Source: Bdellovibrionales bacterium (GTDB lineage Bacteria; Bdellovibrionota; Bdellovibrionia; Bdellovibrionales; JAUICD01). Taken from it: 64,000 bases of DNA. Location: contig OZ253553.1 in the NCBI GenBank assembly GCA_965262715.1, positions 1,536,001 through 1,600,000 of the forward strand, in the 5' to 3' direction. Positions 52,941 to 63,366 of this stretch are shown one piece after another. The notes under the pieces were generated by a model. The model was given only the letters and a program-made list of their open reading frames with translations, was not told where the DNA came from and ran no database searches. Every line of letters begins with the position of its first letter. Position 1 is the stretch's first letter. The position numbers and the translations under genes were made by a program.

Positions 52941-53047
52941 ATTCTTACTAGAAAATAAACCACGATCTCCCAACTATAAATCTTCTAACTTGGAACTTCT
53001 CTCTGGAGCTTGTCAATCACTGAAGACAGTGTTTCACCCTCAAATGT
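52941..53047 (-). pseudogene. IS1634-like transposase fragment, frameshifted
   Basis: Translated pieces TFEGETLSSVIDKLQR, RRFIV and GDRGLFSSKN resemble the DDE-region ADRG motif. Confidence 0.5.
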
Positions 53048-53094
53048 AAATAATATCGGTGTTATCCAGTCCAATGTGTTTTTTTGTTTAAATC

Positions 53095-53132
53095 AAAAAA
53101 GGTTTTAGAGTTTATTATGACTCTAAAACCTT
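53095..53132 (-). terminator. Rho-independent terminator of 53158-53763
   Basis: Stem aaggttttagagt/actctaaaacctt followed by a T-run on the minus strand. Confidence 0.85.
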
Positions 53133-53157
53133 CTTATTATTATAACGATATCGATAG

Positions 53158-53763
53158 TTAATTACGGCATGAATCAAAAAGCTCATAATATCCATTTGGA
53201 TCTGTATGACCTTCTGGTACACCATTAAACTCAGCTGGCATATACCTTATAAAAGGATATTGATCACGACTACCAAAACAACTATAATTTATAAGTGGAT
53301 GGCCACCGTCATCTGTCTTAACAGGCTCAAAATTTTTATAAAGTTTAAATGCATTAGGCGAAGAAAAATCTTGACCTCCTATAGTCAACACTGCTTTTAA
53401 TCTTATCATGTCACCTTGACAGATCTGGGTTCCATTCCAGTAATCTGACCAATTATAACCACTAGCTGGAAGATAAGATGTTTGGTTTGCCTGTAGTGCC
53501 AAATCGAAACCATTTAATTGAGTAGAAGTTCTTTTCACATCCACACACTCAGCTTTCACTTTTATTGCCCCATTTGGATCGTTATGATAAGCTGCTGTCC
53601 AGTTAGTGAAATAAATCGTTTTTTGACCTGTTAAATGTTGGTTTAAATCCACACCTAATTCACTACTAGAAATGGCCTGACCAAAAGCATGAGTGTTTAA
53701 GAATAAAGTGCCTAAAATACAAAAAGTTAAAGTTAATATTGATTTCAAATCTATAGTTTTCAT
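53158..53763 (-). CDS. Secreted hypothetical protein with four Cys in the mature part
   Basis: Signal peptide ending AFG; RBS and terminator present. Confidence 0.8.
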   Translation of the reverse strand: MKTIDLKSILTLTFCILGTLFLNTHAFGQAISSSELGVDLNQHLTGQKTIYFTNWTAAYHNDPNGAIKVKAECVDVKRTSTQLNGFDLALQANQTSYLPASGYNWSDYWNGTQICQGDMIRLKAVLTIGGQDFSSPNAFKLYKNFEPVKTDDGGHPLINYSCFGSRDQYPFIRYMPAEFNGVPEGHTDPNGYYELFDSCRN

Positions 53764-53818
53764 TATTGCCCCTATGTATACGATTGTTTATATTTGTATA
53801 CTCCTCACTTATGACTCA

Positions 53819-53834
53819 TGCTATTTTGATGCCA
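53819..53834 (-). promoter_or_regulatory. Sigma-54 -24/-12 promoter
   Basis: tGGcatcaaaataGCa (GG-N10-GC); IHF consensus WATCAANNNNTTR at 53887-53899 and 53946-53958. Confidence 0.6.
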
Positions 53835-54263
53835 TATGCTAAACTGGGAATCATTTTCTGCACGAATAAAATCATTTCTGATTGAATATCAAGTGCTTAC
53901 GTGTTATAAATGTGCAATGTAATGTAATGTAAGGCTACAGGTGTATAACTTATTGATAGTAGCTAAATAGAATTTAGTGTCTTATCAAAAGTGTATCTTT
54001 ACAAAAAAAGTCAAATTCTGCCTGTTAAACATTCAATTTATTATCGATCTTAATAAATTTGATGTTATAAACAAAATCTGAGTTTGACAGTTGAAGAAAT
54101 AAAGCTGAGTCATTTTGAGATGAACTCTAAATTTATGTTTGTTTTATCATCTAAAATGATTTTTCGACTTTGAAAGGTAAACAGCACTTAATTATGAACT
54201 CTTGAGATTCACAACTGGTTAAGGTAAGTGCTTACAAATTTAGAGAATATTTACCATATCACA

Positions 54264-55097
54264 TCATTTTGTATTGGCTGTTTTATTTATTTCTTTTACT
54301 CCCTCAACCACTGCTTTAGGGTCTAAACTTTTCGGCTCTAAAAAAGTACTGACCATATCTAAAGGAATTGGGAAAACAATGGTGTTTGTCCTATCGCCTG
54401 CAATCTCATTGAGAGACTGCAAATAAGCTAGTTGAAGAGCAGACGGAGATTGCGCTAATTTATTGGAAGCTAACATAAGCTTTTCAGATCGTTGAAGCTC
54501 TCCTTCAGCACTGATCACTTTAGCCCGACGTTCCCTTTCTGCTTCAGCTTCTTTAGCCATAGCTCTTTGCATCTCCTTTGGCAGGTCAATGTGCTTGACT
54601 TCCACCATCTCCACTTTAATTCCCCATGGGTTGGTCTGCTCATCTAATATGCTCTGCAGCCTAACATTAATCGCATCTCGTTTTGTTAAAAGCTCATCCA
54701 AAGAAACCTGTCCAACAACAGATCGCAGAGTCGTTTGAGAAAGCTGACTACTCGCAAAATAATAATCCTCTACCGCAAGCACAGCCTTTTCTGGGTCCAT
54801 AACCTTGAAATAAACCACCGCATTGACTTTCATAGAAACATTGTCACTTGTGATCACATCTTGAGTAGGAATATCCATTGTTATTGTACGCATGCCTACC
54901 TTCTGCATACGATCAATACCAAACGGGATCAAAAAACGTAAGCCCGGACCTTTTATACTCATAATTCGACCTAATCGAAAGACAACACCACGTTCATACT
55001 CAGCAATGATACGGATACCTGATGAGATCAGATAGAGTATGAAAACCATAAAAACGACTGTACCTAATCCAAAACCATCCATTTTAAGCCCTTTCAC
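54264..55097 (-). CDS. SPFH/band-7 stomatin-like protein
   Basis: [24 protein letters not shown] and AEAERERRA motifs. Confidence 0.93.
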   Translation of the reverse strand: MKGLKMDGFGLGTVVFMVFILYLISSGIRIIAEYERGVVFRLGRIMSIKGPGLRFLIPFGIDRMQKVGMRTITMDIPTQDVITSDNVSMKVNAVVYFKVMDPEKAVLAVEDYYFASSQLSQTTLRSVVGQVSLDELLTKRDAINVRLQSILDEQTNPWGIKVEMVEVKHIDLPKEMQRAMAKEAEAERERRAKVISAEGELQRSEKLMLASNKLAQSPSALQLAYLQSLNEIAGDRTNTIVFPIPLDMVSTFLEPKSLDPKAVVEGVKEINKTANTK

Positions 55098-55178
55098 GTG
55101 ATTTGATTATTTTTAACTAGGTAAAAGTCTCATAAATCATCTCAATTTACAAGGACTTTATTACACATAAGGTCATTT

Positions 55179-56522
55179 TTAGGAATCTTTCTCGTGAAAC
55201 TGTTCACCAGACGTCTCACAAGGCGTTACATAGATAGCTAGATTTTTTATTTTCTTAACAATCACCTCTTCATCTAATGACACTTCACGATCACTTATAG
55301 CATTCCAAATGCTTCCATCTAAAGACACTTTGCATTTATTTTTAGGAAAAGTTTTTACCACTACACCTCTTTTGTCCAATAAAGTGTCCTTACCATAATT
55401 AAAGGAAGGGAAATGACGCGTTTTAAGAACAATACGCCCCAATAAGATCATCAACAGCCCCATACCTAAAGCAATAGGAACAACTGTACTCATAAGTGGC
55501 AATTCATACCCAAATTTATTATTTTCATCAAATAAAAAGATGCCTCCAAGTATAAAAGATGCAATTCCACCTATTCCTAAAGCTCCAAAACTAGGGACAA
55601 AAAGCTCTCCCAACATAAATCCCATTCCAAGCAATATCAATAAAACACCTGCCCATGACACATCCAACTTGTGAAAGCTTATAAGAGAGATCACAAATCC
55701 CATAAGACCTACCACTCCTGGAATAAACATTCCAGGGTGTGTGATCTCATAATATAAAAGACCTAAACTCCCCATAAAAATAAAGAAAATTAAAGTGGGA
55801 TCTGTGAAAATATCTAAGACTTTAAAACGAATATCTGTATGAAATGAAGTGATAGGAGCTTCCTGTATAGAAATGACTTTATCCCCAGTCAATTTAACTT
55901 CTTTGCCTAAAGCTTGCCGTAAAAAATCTTGCTTAGATGTAGCTACAAAATCAATAGCCCCGATCTTCAGAGCCTCCCTAGCTCCTATAGATTTAGCGTC
56001 TGTGACCATATCACGACCAAACTCTTTACTGCGACCACGTTTTTCTATCAGACCTTCAATCCAGCTTAAGGTGTCATTGACAACTTTCTTTTTCATATCT
56101 TTGGATATATCCTGCCCTCCTCCTTGAACGGGAGTTGCAGCCCCAATGCTCGTGGACTCTATAGCTCCTGCCACATGACAAGCTTGCACAATAATAGCTC
56201 CTGCACTGGCCGCATGTGCCCCTGCAGGGTAAATAAAGCAAAGATAAGGAATAGGAGAATTTAAAATCTTCTCTACAATCAACCGCGTAGTTTGAAGCAC
56301 ACCCCCTGGAGTATTGATCAATAAGAGAATACTAGAACAGGATTGCGCAATAGCAGCCTCCTGACCTCTATCAATATAATCATAAACTGCAACACTAATG
56401 GGATGTTCTATCCGTAGTTCTAAAGAACAATTTGATTCTGCCGCATTTGTAAAAAGACAAACCCCAATAAATAAAAAAATAATAATAGAGTTTTGTTTTA
56501 AAAATTGTAAAAAAGACTTCAT
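55179..56522 (-). CDS. nfeD: Long-form NfeD membrane serine protease
   Basis: INTPGG, AASAG and IGAATPV motifs; TM region; OB-fold tail; upstream of the SPFH gene. Confidence 0.9.
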   Translation of the reverse strand: MKSFLQFLKQNSIIIFLFIGVCLFTNAAESNCSLELRIEHPISVAVYDYIDRGQEAAIAQSCSSILLLINTPGGVLQTTRLIVEKILNSPIPYLCFIYPAGAHAASAGAIIVQACHVAGAIESTSIGAATPVQGGGQDISKDMKKKVVNDTLSWIEGLIEKRGRSKEFGRDMVTDAKSIGAREALKIGAIDFVATSKQDFLRQALGKEVKLTGDKVISIQEAPITSFHTDIRFKVLDIFTDPTLIFFIFMGSLGLLYYEITHPGMFIPGVVGLMGFVISLISFHKLDVSWAGVLLILLGMGFMLGELFVPSFGALGIGGIASFILGGIFLFDENNKFGYELPLMSTVVPIALGMGLLMILLGRIVLKTRHFPSFNYGKDTLLDKRGVVVKTFPKNKCKVSLDGSIWNAISDREVSLDEEVIVKKIKNLAIYVTPCETSGEQFHEKDS

Positions 56523-56609
56523 CAGTTCCTCATTTATTCCTAATACTCACCATGATAGAAAGGTTACCTTTATTATTATAACAGACAATAAACCTATAAG
56601 CAGCTATTT

Positions 56610-57104
56610 TTAAGCAACGCAACGACAAGTTATATTTTTAATGTCTTTCCACACAGTTTGCTTTAAATGCATACATTTCTGATCTGAGCCTGCAGATAAG
56701 ATTTCATTTAAACTATATGTCCACACCCAAGTGCATTTTTGAATATCTGTTTTAATAGCTCCTCTACTCCATTTGTCTTTTAATTCAGGAGAAAGAAGTG
56801 ATTCTCCTAAAAGAATAAAATATGTAGGAATAGATGGAAACATTTGTAGACTTTGTATTTGCCCTGCAATTTCTTGAACTTCTACAAAAATTTTTGGATG
56901 AGAAATAGCCTCTTCAGTAGCTTTTTTGATTTTATAGAGTAATTGATTCTCCTGAGATGTCCTATCTACAGAAACAACCAATTGTACACTGGCCACAGAA
57001 GAAATCTGCCTTGAGAGCTGATAAGATAATGCCTCAGGTACAAAAACACCCTTAACTCCTAAGACATCCTTTAAATAAGAAAAATAAGCATTTCTATTTA
57101 CCAT
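56610..57104 (-). CDS. Hypothetical protein
   Basis: 164-aa ORF; C-terminal K..VWKDI weakly recalls UDG-like folds. Confidence 0.6.
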   Translation of the reverse strand: MVNRNAYFSYLKDVLGVKGVFVPEALSYQLSRQISSVASVQLVVSVDRTSQENQLLYKIKKATEEAISHPKIFVEVQEIAGQIQSLQMFPSIPTYFILLGESLLSPELKDKWSRGAIKTDIQKCTWVWTYSLNEILSAGSDQKCMHLKQTVWKDIKNITCRCVA

Positions 57105-57330
57105 TGCACAATGAACCTACACGATTTGCCCTAAGAAGTAAAATAAATTTTACACGCCACATTCTTATGAATTCTCACCAAAAAATAAACAGCTAGATAA
57201 AGCCAAAGATTTTTAAACAAAGTGTAAGTGCAAATTGCAAGCGCCACCCTTTTGTATTTCCCTTGATTCTAAGCCTTTCTATGTTAAAACAAAATTAATG
57301 AACTCTTATTAACTGTGAAAGGAGTAAGTT

Positions 57331-58036
57331 TTGTCTTTTAGTTCTGCGTGTCCTCTTGGGCAGCATTATGTTAAAGATCACACTCGCAGGACAAAAAAAA
57401 GTGGGATTGTTTCTGTATCTACACATTGTCGAATTAACCCAAAAGGAAAAGAAAAATTACTTCACGCATCAAACCTCAGACATTTGTATTATAATCGCTT
57501 GAAAAAAATATATCCTAAACTCCCAGCCATCAAAGGTTTTAAAGGGTTTCATGAATATGATCCTATGATCCAATTTTGGACAGAGTATTGGAAAGACAAA
57601 GATGTGTTGCCTAAAGAAGTTGATCCTTTGTTAATTAAAGCTATGATTGCTGCCGAATCGAGTTTCCGTCCAAGAGTAAGAACCAAAGACTCTAGAAGCA
57701 CAGCTACAGGACTGCTACAGGACTGCTACAGGACTGCTGCAATTGACAGAGAGCACATTAAAGACTCTTAAAGGCAATCCAGATAAAAAAGGTTATATTG
57801 AGGTTAAAGACTATCCCATTTACTTAGAGAATGATGAACGCTTAGATCCACTCGTAAATATAGCAGCAAGCATACGATGGCTGGGACATAAAATAAAGAC
57901 ATCTCGCAAGAGAAACTCAAAAGATATAGCTGAAAGAATATTTCCGGGAGTCATGTTTTATCATTCTTGGAATCAAGAGGGAGAAGATTATGTACAGAAA
58001 GTTTATAGGTATTACAATGCGACACTTAACAAGTAA
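57331..58036 (+). pseudogene. SLT-family lytic transglycosylase frameshifted by an 11-bp tandem repeat
   Basis: LIKAMIAAESSF, ATGLLQ, LDP.VNI and YV.KV motifs split over two frames; removing 22 bp restores one ORF. Confidence 0.85.
57703..57735 (+). repeat. (GCTACAGGACT)x3 tandem repeat
   Basis: Exact units at 57703, 57714 and 57725. Confidence 0.95.
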
Positions 58037-58700
58037 ATATATAGTAAGTATTTTTATGGCTGTATTTTTAATGTCATGCAGCCATATAGCTTACATGGTA
58101 CATGAAGAAGAACAAACTTCAGAAGATTTTGATAAGTATGTATATTCTGAAGCAAATCATCCTTCTAAAAAAGCAAAATATGAAGAAATTTACTGCACTC
58201 CAGAAGATAAGAAAAAGAGAGTGAAAACAACGAAAATAACGATTGATTCTCTTAATGTTCCTTGTGGCCTTGCTAAAATACAACCGATAGAAAACAGAAC
58301 CTTAGAGATCAAACGCATTTTTTTAGGTGCAGAAAGACTACCTACTGGCGATCTATTATTAGGACATCATCTTTTGCTTTTAAAAGCTGATAATAAAATT
58401 TTACAGGAGGTAGAAATAGAAAAAGAAGATGATCCATTTTGGCGTCATGTTGTTTTTGTTAAAATTAGAAAAGATGCTTATTGGCAAGATATCAACAATG
58501 ATGGATATCCTGAATTTGCTATATTGCCAACAGAAATGGGCAATGCTATTTATAGGCCTGCCTATATATATACATTAAAAAACAACTCTTTCTATGTTTA
58601 TGGAAAAGGAAAGTATATATGGTATACAGGTCAGCATGTTTTATTAAACTGCCCAAAATGTTGGGAATATGATTTAGATGAATGCAAAAAATGCACATAG
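58017..58700 (+). CDS. Putative lipoprotein
   Basis: Basic/hydrophobic leader with LMSC lipobox-like motif; DINNDGYPE Ca-binding-like motif; overlaps the SLT stop. Confidence 0.7.
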   Translation: MRHLTSKYIVSIFMAVFLMSCSHIAYMVHEEEQTSEDFDKYVYSEANHPSKKAKYEEIYCTPEDKKKRVKTTKITIDSLNVPCGLAKIQPIENRTLEIKRIFLGAERLPTGDLLLGHHLLLLKADNKILQEVEIEKEDDPFWRHVVFVKIRKDAYWQDINNDGYPEFAILPTEMGNAIYRPAYIYTLKNNSFYVYGKGKYIWYTGQHVLLNCPKCWEYDLDECKKCT

Positions 58701-58729
58701 TTTTCTAATCACCAGTCTAATGAAACAAG

Positions 58730-58948
58730 TTATGATTTCCATCGCAAATTTAATTTTTTCTTTTTTTCTACACAATCCTTAAGATACATATCAATAAGTT
58801 TTTGGTAGGGTATATCTGTCTTGTCACTCATTGCTTTAAAATAATCAATCACCTCAGGGCTGAGATTTATCCCAACGCTTTTTTTAATTTTTCCCTTATA
58901 AGGATTAGGTATTTCTCTCATCTTTTTTAAATTATATTCTTTCTTCAT
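58730..58948 (-). CDS. BrnA-family (CopG-like) antitoxin
   Basis: MKKEYN..NPY..I.L...VIDYFK......IPYQ.LI..YL pattern. Confidence 0.85.
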   Translation of the reverse strand: MKKEYNLKKMREIPNPYKGKIKKSVGINLSPEVIDYFKAMSDKTDIPYQKLIDMYLKDCVEKKKKLNLRWKS

Positions 58949-59224
58949 AAACTTTCCTTTCTTTTGTTGAGGCCTGCCTTGCTGAAATTAATCGGACTAA
59001 TTGATCTTCTTCATGATAACAATGAATGACAATTAATATCTTCTTAAAACAACTTTCTCCAATAATAAGGAACCTATCTTCTCTTTTTTAAGTGCTCTTT
59101 ATCATAAAAAACTCTGGCAAAAGCACCTTCAAAAACTGTTTTTGCCTCTTCAAACCAAGTACCATGTTTTTTTTCTATTTTGCTGATTTTTAGACTCATC
59201 CCACTTGAAAAAGATGATATCTAT
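58932..59224 (-). pseudogene. BrnT-family toxin pseudogene with two frameshifts
   Basis: FKWDESKN..N, HG..FEEAKTVF, EDRF..IG and RLISARQA..KER lie in three frames; shifts fall in A8 and A6 runs. Confidence 0.85.
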
Positions 59225-59391
59225 ATAATATCTATATTAAATCTATATATCAAGACTATCTTTTAAAAAGATTTTTATAAAATGTGACAAAGCATTGACT
59301 TTCTTTGCTTTAAGTTAGAAAAAAGTTTTAGATATTTAGTATTTTATTGATTCCCATATAAATAAAAGCCACAACACGAGCAGACAAGATT

Positions 59392-62300
59392 ATGTGGAAC
59401 AAAATTAAATTAATAATCCACCACTGTATCATCTTTACTATCTGTTTGTCCCTTGTTTGCCATGCACCAACGCCCCTTAAAGCTCAGGAAAGCCTTATTC
59501 AAGATATGCCACTTGTGGACACCGTCATAAGTCATTTAGGCATAGGCACCCATCAAGAATCTTCGGGACAAGAAACCGTTTCCTATCGTCAAATTGACAC
59601 ATGGACTCTTCTGCCACAAGAGCTTCAATTTCATCCAAAAGCAGGCAGAATGCATCCAGAAGATATCACCATTGCTGTAAAACATGAATATCCTGATAAA
59701 ACAGAAATAGCTCATTATATCTATGGAAGACCTAATACAGTCAATAACAAGCATTTATCTTTTGAAGCACCTTTTTACGGAGAAGAAGAAGCTTTCGTCC
59801 CTAAGTTCGAACTTCAATATGAAGAAGATCCATTTTGGTCCCTCAATAAAGAGATTGTCACTATTGCTAAATATGGCCATTATATTGTCTTTATCACTAG
59901 AGATCATATCTATGAAGATCACCTACAGCTTTCTTTTATTGATTTAAGTTATTTTCAATCTACTCTCGGAAAAGAAGAAGGTTATCCTGCTATCTTTCAA
60001 ATGCCTGTTCCATTAAACAGCCCTTTCAGCTCATTAACAGTGGAAGAAGGATTATTGAAAGTTAATGATTATGAAATATCACGAGAAATGTTAGATGAAT
60101 TTGGTTATCTTCAAGCCATCACTTGGAACATTCAAGCTAACCTTATCCGCAGTGAAACTTTTGAAGAGATGTCTCCGTTTATTGATAGCTTTTTAGAAAG
60201 CATTGAATCAAGTCAGCAAACTATTAGAAACACTTTAATAACTAATACACGACCTTCAATGACAAAGTTTAATACTCCCCAACAACTAAATATGTTTCAA
60301 CAACAATTAAGAAGAGCAATAGAAACTGCAAGAAACTCTGTCAAAAAAATCAATGATGAAAAACACAAAACCCAGACAGCATGGGAAGCATCTCAAAGAA
60401 TCACTGCTGATTATTTAATAGACCATCAAATGGCTCAAACACGGATGCAAAATGCATTACAACTACAAACTGAGGCTCGAAAATTTTTTGGACGAGCTAG
60501 AATACTCTTTGAAAGATTAAAAATGCCTCGCCCTGCGGACGGTGGTTCTATCAGACAAGCCTTAGCTTTTGTCCTAGGGAGCCTTAGAGGTCCAAATGGT
60601 CAAAAAGCATGGCAATTCAAAGAAGGGGTTTTACAACTTATCCACAACCCTAAGTTAAAGTTTGGGGTTCCATTTACTTTAGCCCTTTCATTAGGAGCTA
60701 CTTACCCCGCTAGAGCTTATGATTATATGTATCAAGTTATAAGCCTTGGTGGCATTATATTAGATAAGATAGGTGAAAATTTTTTAACATTGTACAATCT
60801 TTTCAATACAGCTGTATCTGCAAACGGCTTTTTTCACCCCCAACAAGTTTGGCAAGCTTATGTAGTAGAAGGAGACTTTTCTGCCTTTGCTATAGCAAAT
60901 ACTATATTGATACTCGGTCCTTTAAGTGCTCTTGCTATCTCTCATCTCACAGTGAATGCTTACCATGCATTATCTGATTTGAAAGAAGAGGCAACTTTTC
61001 AAGCTAATCATCATACAGGATCTATAAAAACAAATATTCAAAATACCTTAGGCTCGTTAAGGCAGGGTTTTATCCACCAACAAAATCAAAATAGACGTAA
61101 TTACCTTATTGATCAAGCTATAAGCTCTATAGATGCTAGAGAAAGAGACTTTACTGAAGAAGAAACAGAACAAGTCATTCATATTTTAAAAGAAAGACAC
61201 GATGCAGAGCAAACCTTTATAGGAAGGTTTTTAGAAAGAGTAAGCGCTCCTCTAAAAAGATTAAAATTCTTTCAGAATAAAGAAGTTAATAACATAGAAA
61301 TTCGAAGCCTTAGAAGCGCCATTATGTATCTTATTTTTAGTTGGAGATCTTTTGAAAATACTAATATTGCATACGCTCATTTATATCATAAATACATATT
61401 TTTAAAAGTAACTTATTTTTGGAAACCTCCTACTTTTTTAGGATTGATTTATTATCCTAACGCTTTAAATGTTATTACTCATTATGGAATTGAATCTAAA
61501 GCTCCTCACCCTATAACTACAGCTAATGGAGGAAACCGCCCTTTCTGGAGAGAATATCCTCTCTTACTTGCAAATCTTATTGGAAAAGGACCATATAAGG
61601 CTTACAAAGAATGGGAAAGCCATATTATACCGATCGAAAATCTCATTAAAGAAGAAGTTCAAAAAAGAGCATTGAAACTGACACTTCAAAAAATCAAAAC
61701 TAGGTCCCTAAGTCATAGAGCTTATACAGCATCAGATACACAAGATGCTATTTCAAATCTTAATGGACAAAATGAAAGACTTTATATGGCGTTAACAGAC
61801 CGTCTCTTTGCAAAGACTTTTCAAAGAGTTATATCACCGGTGTTTGAAAGCGCTCATTGCTATCATGCTATTGAAGTTTGCCTGGATCAGATAGATCAAT
61901 ATAAAGAATCCACATTAGATGTTATCAAAAGTGTCAATCCTTCTAGGCAAGATATTAACAATGCAATTGATCAAATAGAAAGTGACGTCCTTACAGAGGT
62001 AGAAAACAAGGAGTCATCACCTCATCGCACTGCCAACAGAGTTCAAAGGTTAGTTCATAATGCACTTTATAAAAACCTTAATCATAACAAAAATATGGCT
62101 ATTGAACTGTGGCTTGTTGTTAAAGAACAGATGCAAGATACAAGAGCGCGCTCTAGGAATGCAAGGAAAAGTCTTTATCAGTTTTTTGAAAAAATCCCTA
62201 AGCTTTATATCACTTGGGCTGCTGGATCAGGTATTATGTTAAGTGCTCTTGCTGGGGACATACCTAGAACAGACGTTATGGTCCCATTAACAAATCAGTT

Positions 62301-63108
62301 TCCATATTACTCTCAATTCCTCTTTGGTGTTGGTTTTTTGTTTTATTCTATCAAGGATATGTTATCCTCCTTTGGCACAAATCTTCAAGTAGAGTACCAC
62401 CTCACAAAACAAGGAGTTTTTAATCATATACCAAAAGGTGAAGATGTTCATTTAAACTTTATACAATGGTTTTTCAAGCAGTTTAAGAATAAAGACAACA
62501 CAGTCCTTAAACATATAAAAACCATGACGAGGATAACATGGGCCAATGTACCTGCTACATTACTTTTAACATCCACCATATATCCTCTTATTATGGGAAG
62601 ATTTCCTTTAGATCTATATCTTATAAGTTATTTAGGTTATTTTATGTTCCCTATCTGGGCTCTCAATATAAAGATTGAACAGGCTATGGAAGCCGCTATG
62701 TCTGGTTATTGGATGAAGTTTTTTTCAGAAGACAAATTAGAAAATCATCCTTTAGCTCAAAATTATGATCTCAAAAAGAAGGTCCTATTTAAAACCATTA
62801 TGCTTATCTTTTGGACCTTTCTTTATTTGAATATACTGTCTGCAACTCTAAATAATCTTCAATATATGGGCGATGAATCCTCAAGAGAATTTGCTAGAGT
62901 TTTCTTTTTTGGTCATCCACCTACAGTTTGGGCTGTGAAAGGCTTCAATGTAATTAAGGAATTCTTTGATCAGACACCCCTCCTTATAAATACAATCATA
63001 GATACGTGTCAAACAGCCCTGACAAATGGTTATGATGGATGGGACCCTACATTGGATGGACCTCCTCCTGAAAATGTTAAAGTATGGGTGCCAGAAAAAG
63101 CAAATTGA
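59392..63108 (+). CDS. Large secreted/membrane hypothetical protein (1238 aa)
   Basis: Signal peptide, helical middle region, several hydrophobic segments; no family recognised. Confidence 0.8.
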   Translation: MWNKIKLIIHHCIIFTICLSLVCHAPTPLKAQESLIQDMPLVDTVISHLGIGTHQESSGQETVSYRQIDTWTLLPQELQFHPKAGRMHPEDITIAVKHEYPDKTEIAHYIYGRPNTVNNKHLSFEAPFYGEEEAFVPKFELQYEEDPFWSLNKEIVTIAKYGHYIVFITRDHIYEDHLQLSFIDLSYFQSTLGKEEGYPAIFQMPVPLNSPFSSLTVEEGLLKVNDYEISREMLDEFGYLQAITWNIQANLIRSETFEEMSPFIDSFLESIESSQQTIRNTLITNTRPSMTKFNTPQQLNMFQQQLRRAIETARNSVKKINDEKHKTQTAWEASQRITADYLIDHQMAQTRMQNALQLQTEARKFFGRARILFERLKMPRPADGGSIRQALAFVLGSLRGPNGQKAWQFKEGVLQLIHNPKLKFGVPFTLALSLGATYPARAYDYMYQVISLGGIILDKIGENFLTLYNLFNTAVSANGFFHPQQVWQAYVVEGDFSAFAIANTILILGPLSALAISHLTVNAYHALSDLKEEATFQANHHTGSIKTNIQNTLGSLRQGFIHQQNQNRRNYLIDQAISSIDARERDFTEEETEQVIHILKERHDAEQTFIGRFLERVSAPLKRLKFFQNKEVNNIEIRSLRSAIMYLIFSWRSFENTNIAYAHLYHKYIFLKVTYFWKPPTFLGLIYYPNALNVITHYGIESKAPHPITTANGGNRPFWREYPLLLANLIGKGPYKAYKEWESHIIPIENLIKEEVQKRALKLTLQKIKTRSLSHRAYTASDTQDAISNLNGQNERLYMALTDRLFAKTFQRVISPVFESAHCYHAIEVCLDQIDQYKESTLDVIKSVNPSRQDINNAIDQIESDVLTEVENKESSPHRTANRVQRLVHNALYKNLNHNKNMAIELWLVVKEQMQDTRARSRNARKSLYQFFEKIPKLYITWAAGSGIMLSALAGDIPRTDVMVPLTNQFPYYSQFLFGVGFLFYSIKDMLSSFGTNLQVEYHLTKQGVFNHIPKGEDVHLNFIQWFFKQFKNKDNTVLKHIKTMTRITWANVPATLLLTSTIYPLIMGRFPLDLYLISYLGYFMFPIWALNIKIEQAMEAAMSGYWMKFFSEDKLENHPLAQNYDLKKKVLFKTIMLIFWTFLYLNILSATLNNLQYMGDESSREFARVFFFGHPPTVWAVKGFNVIKEFFDQTPLLINTIIDTCQTALTNGYDGWDPTLDGPPPENVKVWVPEKAN

Positions 63109-63114
63109 CCTATT

Positions 63115-63241
63115 TCACTCAAAATGAATTGGCCTCTCGAGGCGAGCCTCTGGCCATTTTCTGGCAATGATTCCAACAGTTTTCACTGTCGGTAAAAGAA
63201 TCATCGCCTAGAAAATCTATTCATTTTGAGTAAGGAGACTC
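63115..63241 (+). repeat. Family A copy 3
   Basis: Outer stem 63117-63129/63219-63231; exact core; inner ggcaatgattc/gaatcatcgcc. Confidence 0.85.
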
Positions 63242-63335
63242 TCCTTGTTTCTTAAAACAATGTTAAGGAAACCATTTTTCAATCACCTTAATGATCTGAG
63301 ATGAATTCTATAAAATTTCCTACTATCTTTTGGTG

Positions 63336-63363
63336 TTGACTTTGTGCTACCTTCAGTTAAATT
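63336..63363 (+). promoter_or_regulatory. Possible sigma-70 promoter firing into family A copy 4 and rpiB
   Basis: TTGACT-16 nt-TAAATT. Confidence 0.4.
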
Positions 63364-63366
63364 AAG

